NCBI GenBank assembly: GCA_965242965.1 | Contig: OZ251518.1 | Span: 5,056,001-5,120,000, forward strand | Length of the DNA: 64,000 bases | Reading direction: 5' to 3' | Source of the DNA: Candidatus Poribacteria bacterium | GTDB lineage: Bacteria; Poribacteria; WGA-4E; WGA-3G | Part shown: piece by piece, positions 1 to 9,410 of the stretch | Numbering within the stretch: position 1 is the stretch's first letter | Layout: each line of letters starts with the position of its first letter | Notes under the pieces: model-generated | The model's database searches: none | The model's input: only the letters and a program-made list of their open reading frames with translations | Told to the model about the DNA's origin: nothing | Translations under genes and position numbers: made by a program

Positions 1-212
1 TGATTTTCACGAACGTGCATGCCTAACGGCACGACAAGGTTCGTGCTAATATCTCCGTGTTCCACTGAGGTTGGCGACATTTGTACGGCTTCTCCTTTTA
101 CGTATTCATACCTCCCCAGGTCGCTTTCAAGAAACTCCTCCAGCGTCATCGTCGTGTGTTCGGGAGGCAGCAATTCTTGCGCGAAAGGGTGGAGGTTAGG
201 TGAATTCATCAT
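1..212 (-). CDS. Uma2 (DUF820) family endonuclease, 3' end truncated by the window edge; not in ORF track
   Basis: Hand translation MMNSPNLHPFAQELLPPEHTTMTLEEFLESDLGRYEYVKGEAVQMSPTSVEHGDISTNL matches the Uma2 N-terminus (MTLEEF...YEY..G....M.P...H). AGGAGG RBS upstream. Confidence 0.8.
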   Translation of the reverse strand, partial: MMNSPNLHPFAQELLPPEHTTMTLEEFLESDLGRYEYVKGEAVQMSPTSVEHGDISTNLVVPLGMHVREN

Positions 213-267
213 TTCGTTCCTCCTGACGGTAGCGATAGAGTTGCAGGGTTGTTTTATTGTATAAATA

Positions 268-297
268 ATTATACACGCAATGTCTAGGCGATGTCAA
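268..297 (-). promoter_or_regulatory. sigma70-type promoter for the Uma2 gene
   Basis: TTGACA-18 nt-TATAAT on the minus strand. Confidence 0.65.
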
Positions 298-317
298 CTC
301 TTTTTTGACGTAATCCC

Positions 318-612
318 CAGTAGGAGAGACCTCCTGGTCTCGATGCAATATGCCCGGGGCCGCGGCGGCAGAAAGCCTCCCCTGCATCGTAGCGCGAGGG
401 CCCTCGCAGGTTTCCCTCGCCATGCGTTTTGCTGTCAAACCTCCTCACCCCTGTAGGTCAAGATCGCCTGATCTTGACCCGTTCGGGATCAGGCGATCCC
501 GAACTACAGAGGTAGACCCGATGCCTTCCGGTAGGCGGGACATCCTTGTCCCGATATGCACCCCATCGAGAACGGGAGGTCTCTCCTATCGGGAGCTGTC
601 CCTCGCCATCGC
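318..612. repeat. Mosaic cluster of GTAG-REP-like palindromes
   Basis: Contains GTAGGAGAGACCTCCTGGTCTCG, GTAGGTCAAGATCGCCTGATCTTGACC and GTAGGCGGGACATCCTTGTCCCG units that recur across the window. Confidence 0.85.
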
Positions 613-614
613 AC

Positions 615-1127
615 CTAAAAATAGGCATGTATCCCCGCGCCGACGTAAACGCCAGCCAGCGGATTTGATTCAGTTCTCGTGGTTTCCCTGCCGAACCCTT
701 GGCCGATTCCTAGGTTCAAACCGAGTGGGATGCCACCAAGTGAAAACACCAATTCGCCGCCGAACGCCAATCCGGCACCGAGCGTCGTTGTCTGGAGGGT
801 TTCCTCTGTATTATATCGCCAACCGCCTTCCAAGGCGAAGTAAAGTCTAGCGATGTTCAAGCGCGTTTGCTTCTCAAAGATGGCGTATGAGACACCCGCT
901 CCCAACATGTGGTCGCGCTCCTGGTCGCGGAGGATAAACCGCCCGACAGTCTGTAGATAGACAGGCGCGAGCCCACAATAGCGAAAACTAATTCCGCCAA
1001 ACGCGGGCGTAGCACCATGAAAACCGATTGCGTAATCTTTGACAAGTTCTGCCTCTTTTGCCTCCACCGAGAAACTGAGGATTAACCCCAAAAAGATGCA
1101 TAAGAGGAAAGAAATTAAGCGTGTCAT
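615..1127 (-). CDS. Secreted or outer-membrane beta-barrel-like hypothetical protein
   Basis: Signal peptide (MTRLISFLLCIFLGLILSFSVEA), alternating beta-strand pattern, C-terminal aromatic (GIHAYF), AGGAG RBS. Confidence 0.7.
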   Translation of the reverse strand: MTRLISFLLCIFLGLILSFSVEAKEAELVKDYAIGFHGATPAFGGISFRYCGLAPVYLQTVGRFILRDQERDHMLGAGVSYAIFEKQTRLNIARLYFALEGGWRYNTEETLQTTTLGAGLAFGGELVFSLGGIPLGLNLGIGQGFGRETTRTESNPLAGVYVGAGIHAYF

Positions 1128-1149
1128 GTTTTTTCTCCTTTTGATTTGA

Positions 1150-2742
1150 TTATCGGGCAATCAGAGTTATCACCCGATGCGGCTCGGTAGACGAGGGATG
1201 ATGCATGAGGATATCCTGCTTGCCATCCTTGTTGAAATCTACCAGCCATGTGTATTCTTCATGCGGCATCTCAACCTTTACCTTCTGAGGCCGCTTTGCA
1301 AACAACGCCGGTCCCTGCACCCCTAGAAAGACGCGCAACTCCTTCTCGCCTTTCTGTATCAGCAGGTCCGCGCGTTCATCGCCGTTCACATCCCCGATAA
1401 GCACAGAGGGATAGAGCGATCTTTCGCCTGTCCTGCCAGTCGTTTCCACTCGGATGGAACGGGAGATGGTGGGTTTGTCGGGGTAACTGCCGTTTTCCAT
1501 GCGATAAAACGTGAGTTCCATTGATACCGACCCGGTTACCAGTGAGTCAATAATCATGCCGATTGCCTTGAAGACGCGCGGTTTGAGGATTGTGAACATC
1601 AAGTCGGTCTGGCCGTCAAAGTCAAAATCGTGCTGCTCCATGCCAAACTGAATGCCATCAGACAGGAGTTCAGTGCTGACTTCCGGCGAGAACACGGTGC
1701 CGCCTGCGGGTGTCAGGTAACCGAAATGCACCGCGTAGATGGCGTGCATATCCCATAAACCGCCGTGCAGTGAAAACACCCCGAGGTCGGCGATGTTATC
1801 ACCGTTCATATCGGTGAACGCGTGGAGCACGCTTCCTGTCATTTTTCCGGTCAGCCCGTGGTCCTTCCTTCGTTGGCGGGTCCTGTGCGGTGCTGCAAGC
1901 GACGCAAGCGCGTCGGAGTCAAACGCCACGTCGGTAGTGAACGTCTCGGCTACCGGATTAAACACTCCCTGCGCGTTTTGGAGATGCACCTCAAAATGGG
2001 TTCCGTTCCAGAATCCCAAGTCGCCGCGTCCATCTCGGTTGTAGTCCATCTCGTGGATGCGGCTCTGCGTCCACGGTTGATGTCGATAGCCATCAACTGC
2101 ATAGAGGCTATTCATCTCGGTGGAGGTGCCGAGTTTCATGGGTTCAGCGAACGCGCTGTCGTTCAGTTGAACGAACACCCAGAAACCATCGAGGACTGGC
2201 ACCACCAGGTCATCGAGGCCATCGCCGTTTACATCATGAGTGATGTCGACATGCGGGATTGCGCCTGCGGGAGGTGGGTTGATAAACGCGACTTCCACCA
2301 GCACGTGTTCCGTTGCCGATTCAGGTTCAAACCAATTGAGGCGACCAGGGGTATAGGTAATCAGTCGATCTCGGCCGCCGATGTTCGCTACATCGACGAA
2401 GGACACTTCGGGATGCAGCGTTGCGTTGAATTTCGGCACCCAGGTCCCTTCGTCAAATTCATAAATGCGCACGCCCCGGTCACCGTTTACTACGACAATT
2501 TCCGCGACGGGACCACGGAGCAGGAACCCGGTCAAAATAGTCTGCTGTTTGGCGGTGCCGGTGATAACCTCGCTCTGTTGAAAAGCGAATTCCGCGGTGA
2601 CTACGGATGGCTGGAATCTGTCTCCCGCTTGCCCCATGCATCCCGATAGAAAGATGCCAAGTGCCAGGATGGGGCACCAGATTCGAGCACAGTTGGTTTT
2701 TGCTGAACGTCTGCGTTTGTGCAATACGTTTTGTTTTTTCAT
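1150..2742 (-). CDS. FG-GAP/VCBS-repeat lipoprotein
   Basis: Lipobox LSGC; repeated DVNGDGLDDL, DYNRDGRGDL, DMNGDNIADL, DFNKDGKQDI motifs. Confidence 0.85.
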   Translation of the reverse strand: MKKQNVLHKRRRSAKTNCARIWCPILALGIFLSGCMGQAGDRFQPSVVTAEFAFQQSEVITGTAKQQTILTGFLLRGPVAEIVVVNGDRGVRIYEFDEGTWVPKFNATLHPEVSFVDVANIGGRDRLITYTPGRLNWFEPESATEHVLVEVAFINPPPAGAIPHVDITHDVNGDGLDDLVVPVLDGFWVFVQLNDSAFAEPMKLGTSTEMNSLYAVDGYRHQPWTQSRIHEMDYNRDGRGDLGFWNGTHFEVHLQNAQGVFNPVAETFTTDVAFDSDALASLAAPHRTRQRRKDHGLTGKMTGSVLHAFTDMNGDNIADLGVFSLHGGLWDMHAIYAVHFGYLTPAGGTVFSPEVSTELLSDGIQFGMEQHDFDFDGQTDLMFTILKPRVFKAIGMIIDSLVTGSVSMELTFYRMENGSYPDKPTISRSIRVETTGRTGERSLYPSVLIGDVNGDERADLLIQKGEKELRVFLGVQGPALFAKRPQKVKVEMPHEEYTWLVDFNKDGKQDILMHHPSSTEPHRVITLIAR

Positions 2743-2781
2743 TTGCCTTCTCCTTAAATCGTTGATCCGTGGCATGTTATT

Positions 2782-3082
2782 GAGGGTGTTTCATAAATCG
2801 CTCAACGTCGCGGGGACAGGCCCCGCGCTACGGTGAAAAAACGCCGCCCTTTCACGTAGGGCGAGGGCCTGTCCCTCGCCATGCCACACGCGCAGGCGAG
2901 AGGGTTTCCCTCGCCGGGCGTTTTGCTGTCAGACCGCATCACCCCTGTAGGTCAAGATCGCCTGATCTTGACCTGTTCGGGATCGGGCGATCCCGAACTA
3001 CAGAGGTGGGCCCGAGGGCTTCTGGTATTCGACAGCCTTCCAAGGCGGGATAAATACCGAAACGGAGTTATGAAACACCCTC
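2782..3082. mobile_element. MITE-like element with REP cargo
   Basis: Terminal IRs GAGGGTGTTTCATAA / TTATGAAACACCCTC; perfect 8-bp direct repeat ATGTTATT at 2774-2781 and 3083-3090. Confidence 0.8.
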
Positions 3083-3299
3083 ATGTTATTGTAGGCGGGA
3101 CATCCTTGTCACGATGTATACGCAATCGAGACCAGGAGGTCTCGCCTACTGGACGCGCCTAGCGGACCTGTTTTGTGTCTGTTTCACTCTATAGAGTCAT
3201 CTCAGGCGAAAAAGGATAGTAAAAAACAGCCTAAACAAAATTTGCATTTTAAATCGCGTTTAAGGTATCATAACAGAAAATTGCACGAAAGGAGCATTA

Positions 3300-3695
3300 A
3301 TGACGCAACACTCCAACTACGACAACTTACAAACAGATATCCGTCAACTGAAAACGCCTGCGATCGAGACGTGGGAGAACCAATATCCGCATCGCGATTA
3401 TACGATTGAGATAACGCACCTAGAGTTTACAGCTGTCTGTCCGAAAACAGGGTTGCCCGATTTCGCCACACTGCGCATTACCTACGTGCCAGATAATGCC
3501 TGCGTTGAGCTCAAATCCTTAAAGGAGTATCTGCTTTTCTATCGGGATGTCGGCATTTTTCATGAGCATGTCGTTAATAAGGTGCTTGAAGATGTCGTCG
3601 CGGCATGCCAACCGCGGAAGGTGGAAGTGGTTGGCGATTTTAATGTGCGGGGTGGGATTAAAACGGTTGTTCGCGCGAGTTATCAGAAAACGTAG
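3300..3695 (+). CDS. queF: NADPH-dependent 7-cyano-7-deazaguanine (preQ0) reductase, unimodular type
   Basis: EFTAVCPKTGLPDF, ELKSLKEYL, FHEH and RGGI motifs; AGGAG RBS. Confidence 0.95.
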   Translation: MTQHSNYDNLQTDIRQLKTPAIETWENQYPHRDYTIEITHLEFTAVCPKTGLPDFATLRITYVPDNACVELKSLKEYLLFYRDVGIFHEHVVNKVLEDVVAACQPRKVEVVGDFNVRGGIKTVVRASYQKT

Positions 3696-3740
3696 GGCGA
3701 GGGAAACCTGTCCCTCGCCCTAAGCATCGGGAGGGTCGAT

Positions 3741-4769
3741 TCACGCAATCGGCACGGAGCGGCCGATTCTCGCCGATTCGTAGAGCGCGTCGAAGATTTT
3801 CGCGACGTTCAACACCTCTTCCGCTGGCACCGGTGACGATAACCCATCGCGAATTGCGGTGTGGAACGATTCAAATTCACCCGGCAATCCTTTGAGGAGT
3901 TCGGGTGTGTAGTTCACCATCTCGTCTTTCTTGTCGAGGTAGATTTGGAGGGGTTCATAAGTCGCGCCTGCCAGATCTCCCATGAAGAAGGTGCCGCCGA
4001 TATTCGCAATATGCGATGCCCACGCTGTCTCTAACGTCACCGTGAGCCCGCCTTCAAAGCGGATAGTTCCCATCGCGAAGTCTTCCACCTCAAATTGCTC
4101 GGGGTCCCATTTGCCCCAAGGGTTGATAACATCGGCGCGATGCCCGAATTTCTTCGCTGTCATCCCGAACGCCTCAACCGGTTTCGGGCAGCCTATCATC
4201 CATAGCAATACATCGAGGATATGCACGCCGATGTCAATAAGCGGCCCGCCGCCAGCAATAGCCTTGCTTAGGAACGATGGCGATGCTGGGACACCGCGTC
4301 GCCGCATCGACATGGCGCGGGCGTAGTAGATGTCGCCGAAGAAACCTTCATCATAGAGTTTCCTCAGCGTGCGGGATCCGGCGCGGAAGCGGGATTGCAA
4401 TCCGATTTGGAGCACTTTCCCGCTTGCTTTCTGCGCGTCTACCATCGCTTGTCCGTCAATAGCGTTCCCCGCAATCGGCTTTTCGCAAAGCACGTGTTTG
4501 CCAGCGTTGAGCGCGGCGATAGTCGGACCGGCGTGGAAATTGTTCGGCGTGCAGACGCTCACCGCATCAAGTTCGTCCATCTCAACCAGTTTCTCGTAAT
4601 TGGTGAAGACATGCGAGATCTCGTGTTTTTGGGCGAACGCCTTCGCGCGCGTCTCGTCAATGTCACACGCGGCGATAATCGAAACGCCTTTGACGTTTTG
4701 ATGGCCGGGGAGGTGTTTGCCGCCCGCGATGCCACCGCAACCAATAATACCGACTTTAATCTCTTTCAT
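3741..4769 (-). CDS. Gfo/Idh/MocA family oxidoreductase
   Basis: GIIGCGGIA Rossmann motif, CEKP, GGGPLIDIGVH; start moved to MKEIK after an AGGAG RBS. Confidence 0.92.
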   Translation of the reverse strand: MKEIKVGIIGCGGIAGGKHLPGHQNVKGVSIIAACDIDETRAKAFAQKHEISHVFTNYEKLVEMDELDAVSVCTPNNFHAGPTIAALNAGKHVLCEKPIAGNAIDGQAMVDAQKASGKVLQIGLQSRFRAGSRTLRKLYDEGFFGDIYYARAMSMRRRGVPASPSFLSKAIAGGGPLIDIGVHILDVLLWMIGCPKPVEAFGMTAKKFGHRADVINPWGKWDPEQFEVEDFAMGTIRFEGGLTVTLETAWASHIANIGGTFFMGDLAGATYEPLQIYLDKKDEMVNYTPELLKGLPGEFESFHTAIRDGLSSPVPAEEVLNVAKIFDALYESARIGRSVPIA

Positions 4770-4792
4770 TTTTTTTCTCCTCTGTTTTGCTC

Positions 4793-5641
4793 CTATTGGA
4801 AAACAACTTGCGGAGCCTGTTCTAACTTCACCTGATGCGCCGCCGCCCATTCCGTGCCAGCCCAATGGACACCGTTCATATCTCGGCGGCCCTGCGTATC
4901 TTCAGCCGCGCCGAGAAACTGCCTACCCAGGTCATCGAGATGAGCAACTACCGACGCGTCAGGTTGCAGCGTGTCGTTGTAATACCGCAGATAATAGTCG
5001 GGCTTTACCCAGCGATAGTGGTAACCGTAAATGGCAACTTTAGACACGTTCGCAGTGAAATTCAACCCGGCGGCGTGATAGATACGGCTCTCGAAGAGGA
5101 ACGCATCTCCTGCGCGGAGGAGCGGTTCGTCATATTTCGGCGGATCCACTTCACCCGCAGCGATGCGCAACGGTTCACGCAGGACATGGCTTTTCCGCAC
5201 AAACCACGTCGCGCCGGAATTCGGCACGCTAAAATCAGTAAGGCAATATCCCACCTTCAACCCGACGCGCGGACATCCTTCGTGCCCGACATCTAAATGC
5301 ACGCCGACATCCCGATGCCAGTTGCGGTTTTCGGGTTGCGCCGGCGGTTGCGGGTGTTTATAGATGAGCGCGGTGTTGGTGATATGGATATTTGTGCCGA
5401 GCAGTTGCAGAATGAGCGGCACCGCCTTTGATTGCGTAGCGAGTTCGGCGAAGGCAGGTTCTTGCACCAAGCCGTCCCGCCGATGCGCGTAATAGCCGTG
5501 GTATTCAAACGCCTCCATGAGCCGGTCACCGGTTTCGGTGAGTCTGCGAATCATATCGTCATCAATCGCCTCACGCACGATAAGGTAGCCGTTTTCGTCA
5601 AATTCTTGGCGTTGCGCGGCTGTCAACTGAACAAATTCCAT
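4793..5641 (-). CDS. Phytanoyl-CoA dioxygenase (PhyH) family 2OG-Fe(II) enzyme
   Basis: FDENGYLI start, WHRD iron motif, distal His (IYHAA). Confidence 0.88.
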   Translation of the reverse strand: MEFVQLTAAQRQEFDENGYLIVREAIDDDMIRRLTETGDRLMEAFEYHGYYAHRRDGLVQEPAFAELATQSKAVPLILQLLGTNIHITNTALIYKHPQPPAQPENRNWHRDVGVHLDVGHEGCPRVGLKVGYCLTDFSVPNSGATWFVRKSHVLREPLRIAAGEVDPPKYDEPLLRAGDAFLFESRIYHAAGLNFTANVSKVAIYGYHYRWVKPDYYLRYYNDTLQPDASVVAHLDDLGRQFLGAAEDTQGRRDMNGVHWAGTEWAAAHQVKLEQAPQVVFQ

Positions 5642-5732
5642 AGGGATTCTCCTTCGTCTGTCTGCATCAGGATTTACAAGATTATAGGATTAGCAGGATT
5701 ATAGCATATTCGCGCGAACGGTAGACCGAGAC

Positions 5733-6118
5733 ATGGCGAGGGACGTTCTGTCAAGAAGATGTCCGGATACCGTAGCGCGGGGGCCTGTCCCCCGCGAGCG
5801 TGAAGAAACCGTCCGGTTCCCGTAGCGCGGGGGCCTGTCCCCCGCGAACGTCCCGTAGGAGAGCCCTCCCGGTCTCGATTCCCGCGAACGTCCGATGGCG
5901 CGCGGTAGAAGAGTCAGACCTCCTCCCCCCCTGTAGGTCAGGATCGCCTGATCCTGACCCGTTCGGGAGCAGGCACTCCCGAACTACAGAGTTATGAAAC
6001 ACCGTCCGGTTACCGTAGCGCGGGGGCCTGTCCCCCGCGAGCGTCCCGTAGGAGAGACCTCCTGGTCTCGATGCAAGTGATGTCCCTGTAAGAAAGCCCT
6101 CCCGGTCTCTCCTACTGG
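5733..6118. repeat. REP-like palindrome cluster including one MITE terminal IR
   Basis: Three GTAGCGCGGGGGCCTGTCCCCCGCG copies, GAGACC- and GATCGCCTGATC-type units, TTATGAAACACC near 5992. Confidence 0.8.
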
Positions 6119-6148
6119 GGAAACGGAATCGTTTCTGCAGAGGGCATC

Positions 6149-7621
6149 TCAGAGATATGTCTGCTCCCCGCCATAATGCCGCGCCGCCTTCGGACGCTCA
6201 TCTATCTGCCACGGCAACTTCACCGGCATAAGCCCATCCGTAAAATAGGCATCTGTTACCTGCCAGAATTGCAAACGCGGGTATCTTTTGCCGTTATGCT
6301 CAATTGTCCCTTCTGCTTCGGCGAGATTGCGCATCCCGCGCGTGACAGGGTGCAGCGTAATGAAAATACCCATGGCGGCGTTCGCGTCTTGCATCGCCGT
6401 GCGGAACGCGCGCACCTGATTCAGGTTCAAGCTCCTCCCCGATTTCACTTCGGCGATAACCGGCAGCTGCATCGCCGCGCGGCTGTTTTCCCAAAGCAGC
6501 ACCTTCCCCGTGCCATCAAACCCGCCATCGTTGCTGTTCGCCGTCGGAGAAAGTCCCAATCTCGTGACGGCCCAGTTTGCAAAATCGTGCGGATTCTGCT
6601 CGGCGAGGAGGATGGCATCCTGACATGTCGTCGGGTATCCCTCAATGTCATAATCCACTTTGGGGGTAAGTCCGTGACGTTCGCGCAGCCGCCGTTCCAT
6701 CGGTTCCAAAGCGAGCACCGTCAAATCGATGCCTATCCAGTGCCTGCCAAGTCCATGCGCGGCATCTAACGCCGTACCACAGCCACAAAACGGATCGAAG
6801 ATGATGTCGCCGGGGTTAGAGGAGGCTTTGATGATGCGTTCCAAGAGCGCGAGCGGCTTTTGTGTCGGATATCCAAGTCCTTCCTTTGAGACATTGCGAA
6901 TGGGAGGAATTTCCCAAACATCATCGCACAATCTCCCAAGTGGGTTCAACTTTGCCTCATACTTGCCAGCGAACACCACAGGTCTCTCATAACGCTTTAC
7001 CGTTTTCGCGTCATAAGGTTGACGAACAGCATCGGCGTTAAATGTCCAACTATCGGTTTTGACATACCGAAGGAGGACATCGTGCTTCCGTGCAAAGTCC
7101 CGCTTGGAATTACCGGTGTGTTTGTAGTGCCAGATAATCTCGTTGCGGAACCGCGGATGCCCGAAAATCGTATCCATTATCACCTTCAGATAATGACTCG
7201 CGTGCGGGTCGCAGTGCAGATACACACTCCCGTCCGGCGTTAGTAAACGCCAAATCTCCGCGAGGCGCGGTGCCATGAAGGCGAGATAGGCACGCATCGA
7301 ATCCGCATCATTTTTGCCCTTATACCCCCCCTTCAAAATATTGTCAAATCCTGTTAAACAATCCGACAAATTGCCCATGGTTTCAACCAGTTCAGGGTGC
7401 CGCCCATCGTAGTGAAGGACAGCGGCTTGGTTGTCGCGCGCGGTGTCGTCCCATCGCCAGATGTCGTCAAACGCTTTGCGTTGCGCTTTTGAGCCGGCGA
7501 GGAAGATGTTATAGTTGCGGCCGCTGTTAAACGGCGGATCGAGGTAACAGGTGTGGTAGCGCGCGGTTTGCATCTCGCGCATCACCTTGAGGTTATCGCC
7601 GAAGTAAAGTGTGTTTCTCAT
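6149..7621 (-). CDS. N6A/N4C DNA methyltransferase (beta class) fused to a C-terminal Mrr-like restriction endonuclease domain
   Basis: LYFGDNL, YLDPPFNS, YPTQKP and DPFCGCGT motifs; C-terminal DGGFDG...AEVKSG...GIFIT. Confidence 0.85.
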   Translation of the reverse strand: MRNTLYFGDNLKVMREMQTARYHTCYLDPPFNSGRNYNIFLAGSKAQRKAFDDIWRWDDTARDNQAAVLHYDGRHPELVETMGNLSDCLTGFDNILKGGYKGKNDADSMRAYLAFMAPRLAEIWRLLTPDGSVYLHCDPHASHYLKVIMDTIFGHPRFRNEIIWHYKHTGNSKRDFARKHDVLLRYVKTDSWTFNADAVRQPYDAKTVKRYERPVVFAGKYEAKLNPLGRLCDDVWEIPPIRNVSKEGLGYPTQKPLALLERIIKASSNPGDIIFDPFCGCGTALDAAHGLGRHWIGIDLTVLALEPMERRLRERHGLTPKVDYDIEGYPTTCQDAILLAEQNPHDFANWAVTRLGLSPTANSNDGGFDGTGKVLLWENSRAAMQLPVIAEVKSGRSLNLNQVRAFRTAMQDANAAMGIFITLHPVTRGMRNLAEAEGTIEHNGKRYPRLQFWQVTDAYFTDGLMPVKLPWQIDERPKAARHYGGEQTYL

Positions 7622-7634
7622 GTTTAAGTGACCT

Positions 7635-8180
7635 GTGGGTGTTTCATAACTCGTTGTTATCAAAATGGTTTCGTGAGACTTCCGAACAATTTTGTTTCCG
7701 CGGTAGGCGAGACCTCCTGGTCTCGATGCCACGGGGGACAGGCCCCCGCGCTACGGTAGCCAGAACGGCTTCTTTTCCCGTAGGGCGAGGGCCTGTCCCT
7801 CGCCATGCTGCGGTCTATCAAACGCTCGCGGGAGACAGGCCCCCGCACTACGGTAGAGGAGGCGGCAGCGCGCTTGATCCGTTCGGGATTAGGCGAGCCC
7901 GAACTACAGTCTCTGGGGCACGCGAACGATCGCGGGGGACAGGCCCCCGCGCTACGGTAGCCAGAACGGCCTCGCTTACCGTAGGGCGAGGGCCTGTCCC
8001 TCGCCATGCTGCGGTCTATCAAACGATCGCGGGGGACAGGCCCCCGCGCTACGGTAGCCAGAACGGTTTCGCTTACCGTGCGGGAGCAATCGAGGCCGGG
8101 AGGTCTCTCCTACCGGGAAAACAGAATCGTTCGGGGTGTCACGAGACTAGTTTTACAACAACGACTTATGAAACACCCTT
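7635..8180. mobile_element. MITE-like element with REP cargo
   Basis: GTGGGTGTTTCATAA ... TTATGAAACACCCTT ends; degenerate flanking repeat AAGTGACC/AAGTAACC; internal duplication of a REP block. Confidence 0.7.
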
Positions 8181-8194
8181 AAGTAACCCAAGTA

Positions 8195-8223
8195 TTGACA
8201 CGCGCGCAGAAATATGTTATCAT
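8195..8223 (+). promoter_or_regulatory. sigma70-type promoter
   Basis: TTGACA-17 nt-TATCAT with extended -10 TG. Confidence 0.65.
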
Positions 8224-8261
8224 AAATGCAGAATAATGTCTAATGCAAATTGCACATCACA

Positions 8262-9410
8262 ATGAAAATCGCTTTTATCTGTTTTATCTTCATAGTTTTC
8301 TTATCCGAAGTTCCCTCTTATCGCGCCGATGTGAGCGAGGCGCAGCACGCCTATCAGGCTGGGATGCAAGCACTTTCCAAGCAAGAGACTCGCGAGGCTT
8401 TTGCCGAATTTCAGCGCGCGATAACACTTGAGCCATCGTTCGCGGCGGCACACTACCAACTCGGGCTGCTCTACGGACAGCAATCGCAGTGGAAACCAGC
8501 TGTGCAAGCGTTCCAAACGGCAATTCGCATTGATGCGGATTTCGCCGATGCACACTGCCGCCTGGGTGAAGCATACCTGGTCGGATTAGCACAGGCGAAA
8601 GCGGCAATACCACCGCTGAAACGCGCCTTGCAAGCGCAGCCAGACATGGAACGGGCGCGAAGACTGCTCGGCACCGCCTACCTCCGTCAAAACCGAATTG
8701 ATGATGCTATCCAGCATCTGAAGCAGGCATCGGATACAAAAGCGCGGTATCTCCTCGGGCTCGCCTATTTCCAAAAGAGTGATTTTGCGAAAGCCATTTC
8801 GCACTTTGAAGCAGTGATTCAACGCGACAAACGGCACGCGAAAGCACACTTTAACCTCGGAAACTGTTATCTGCGCACCGGCAAAGTTGCAAAAGGGCGG
8901 CATGCCTTGCACACTTTTGAGAAACTAACGCAAGAAGAGGAGCAACTCGCCAGACTTCGGCGGGCAATTCGGGATATGCCCGAGCGGTGGGAAAACCGCT
9001 ATCAACTCGCCGAGCTCCTCATCAAAAGAGAGGAATGGGATGCCGCTGTTGTGGAACTCAAGGCGTGCATCGCTATCGCACCGCGCGATGAAAACGGATA
9101 TGAACTGCTCGGTTATATCTATCTGCAAACGGAAACTTACACCGCTGCGCGTGAAATCTACGGGCATCTCGTTGAATCGCGTCCCGAAAGCGCGGTGTAT
9201 CGGAATAGCCTCGGCGTTGTCTATATGATGCTAGAGAAACCGCGGCAGGCAGTTGTGCAGTTTGAGACAGCTGCGCGCCTGGCTCCGAATAATCCACAAG
9301 TTTATAGGAATCTGGCGAACGCTTACCGCCAAATCGGCGAGCAGACAAAGGCGAAACAAGCTTATCAACGCTATCGCTCGCGAAACGAGAAACATCGTGA
9401 ACAAAAATAG
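8262..9410 (+). CDS. Secreted tetratricopeptide-repeat protein
   Basis: Signal peptide; many TPRs (AHYQLGLLY, AHFNLGNCY, YRNLANAY). Confidence 0.9.
   Translation: MKIAFICFIFIVFLSEVPSYRADVSEAQHAYQAGMQALSKQETREAFAEFQRAITLEPSFAAAHYQLGLLYGQQSQWKPAVQAFQTAIRIDADFADAHCRLGEAYLVGLAQAKAAIPPLKRALQAQPDMERARRLLGTAYLRQNRIDDAIQHLKQASDTKARYLLGLAYFQKSDFAKAISHFEAVIQRDKRHAKAHFNLGNCYLRTGKVAKGRHALHTFEKLTQEEEQLARLRRAIRDMPERWENRYQLAELLIKREEWDAAVVELKACIAIAPRDENGYELLGYIYLQTETYTAAREIYGHLVESRPESAVYRNSLGVVYMMLEKPRQAVVQFETAARLAPNNPQVYRNLANAYRQIGEQTKAKQAYQRYRSRNEKHREQK

Noticed and set aside
3160-3299. preQ1 riboswitch upstream of queF
   Set aside because: No recognisable preQ1 aptamer; the leader after the likely promoter is very short.
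7609-8265. ORF-track ORFs rich in RGPVPR, RARACPS, GDRPPRY or RDQEVSPT (e.g. 350-850, 7609-8265, 18849-19556, 40509-41002, 48928-49389, 53251-53948)
   Set aside because: Translations of repeat mosaics with no RBS or domain; treated as spurious.
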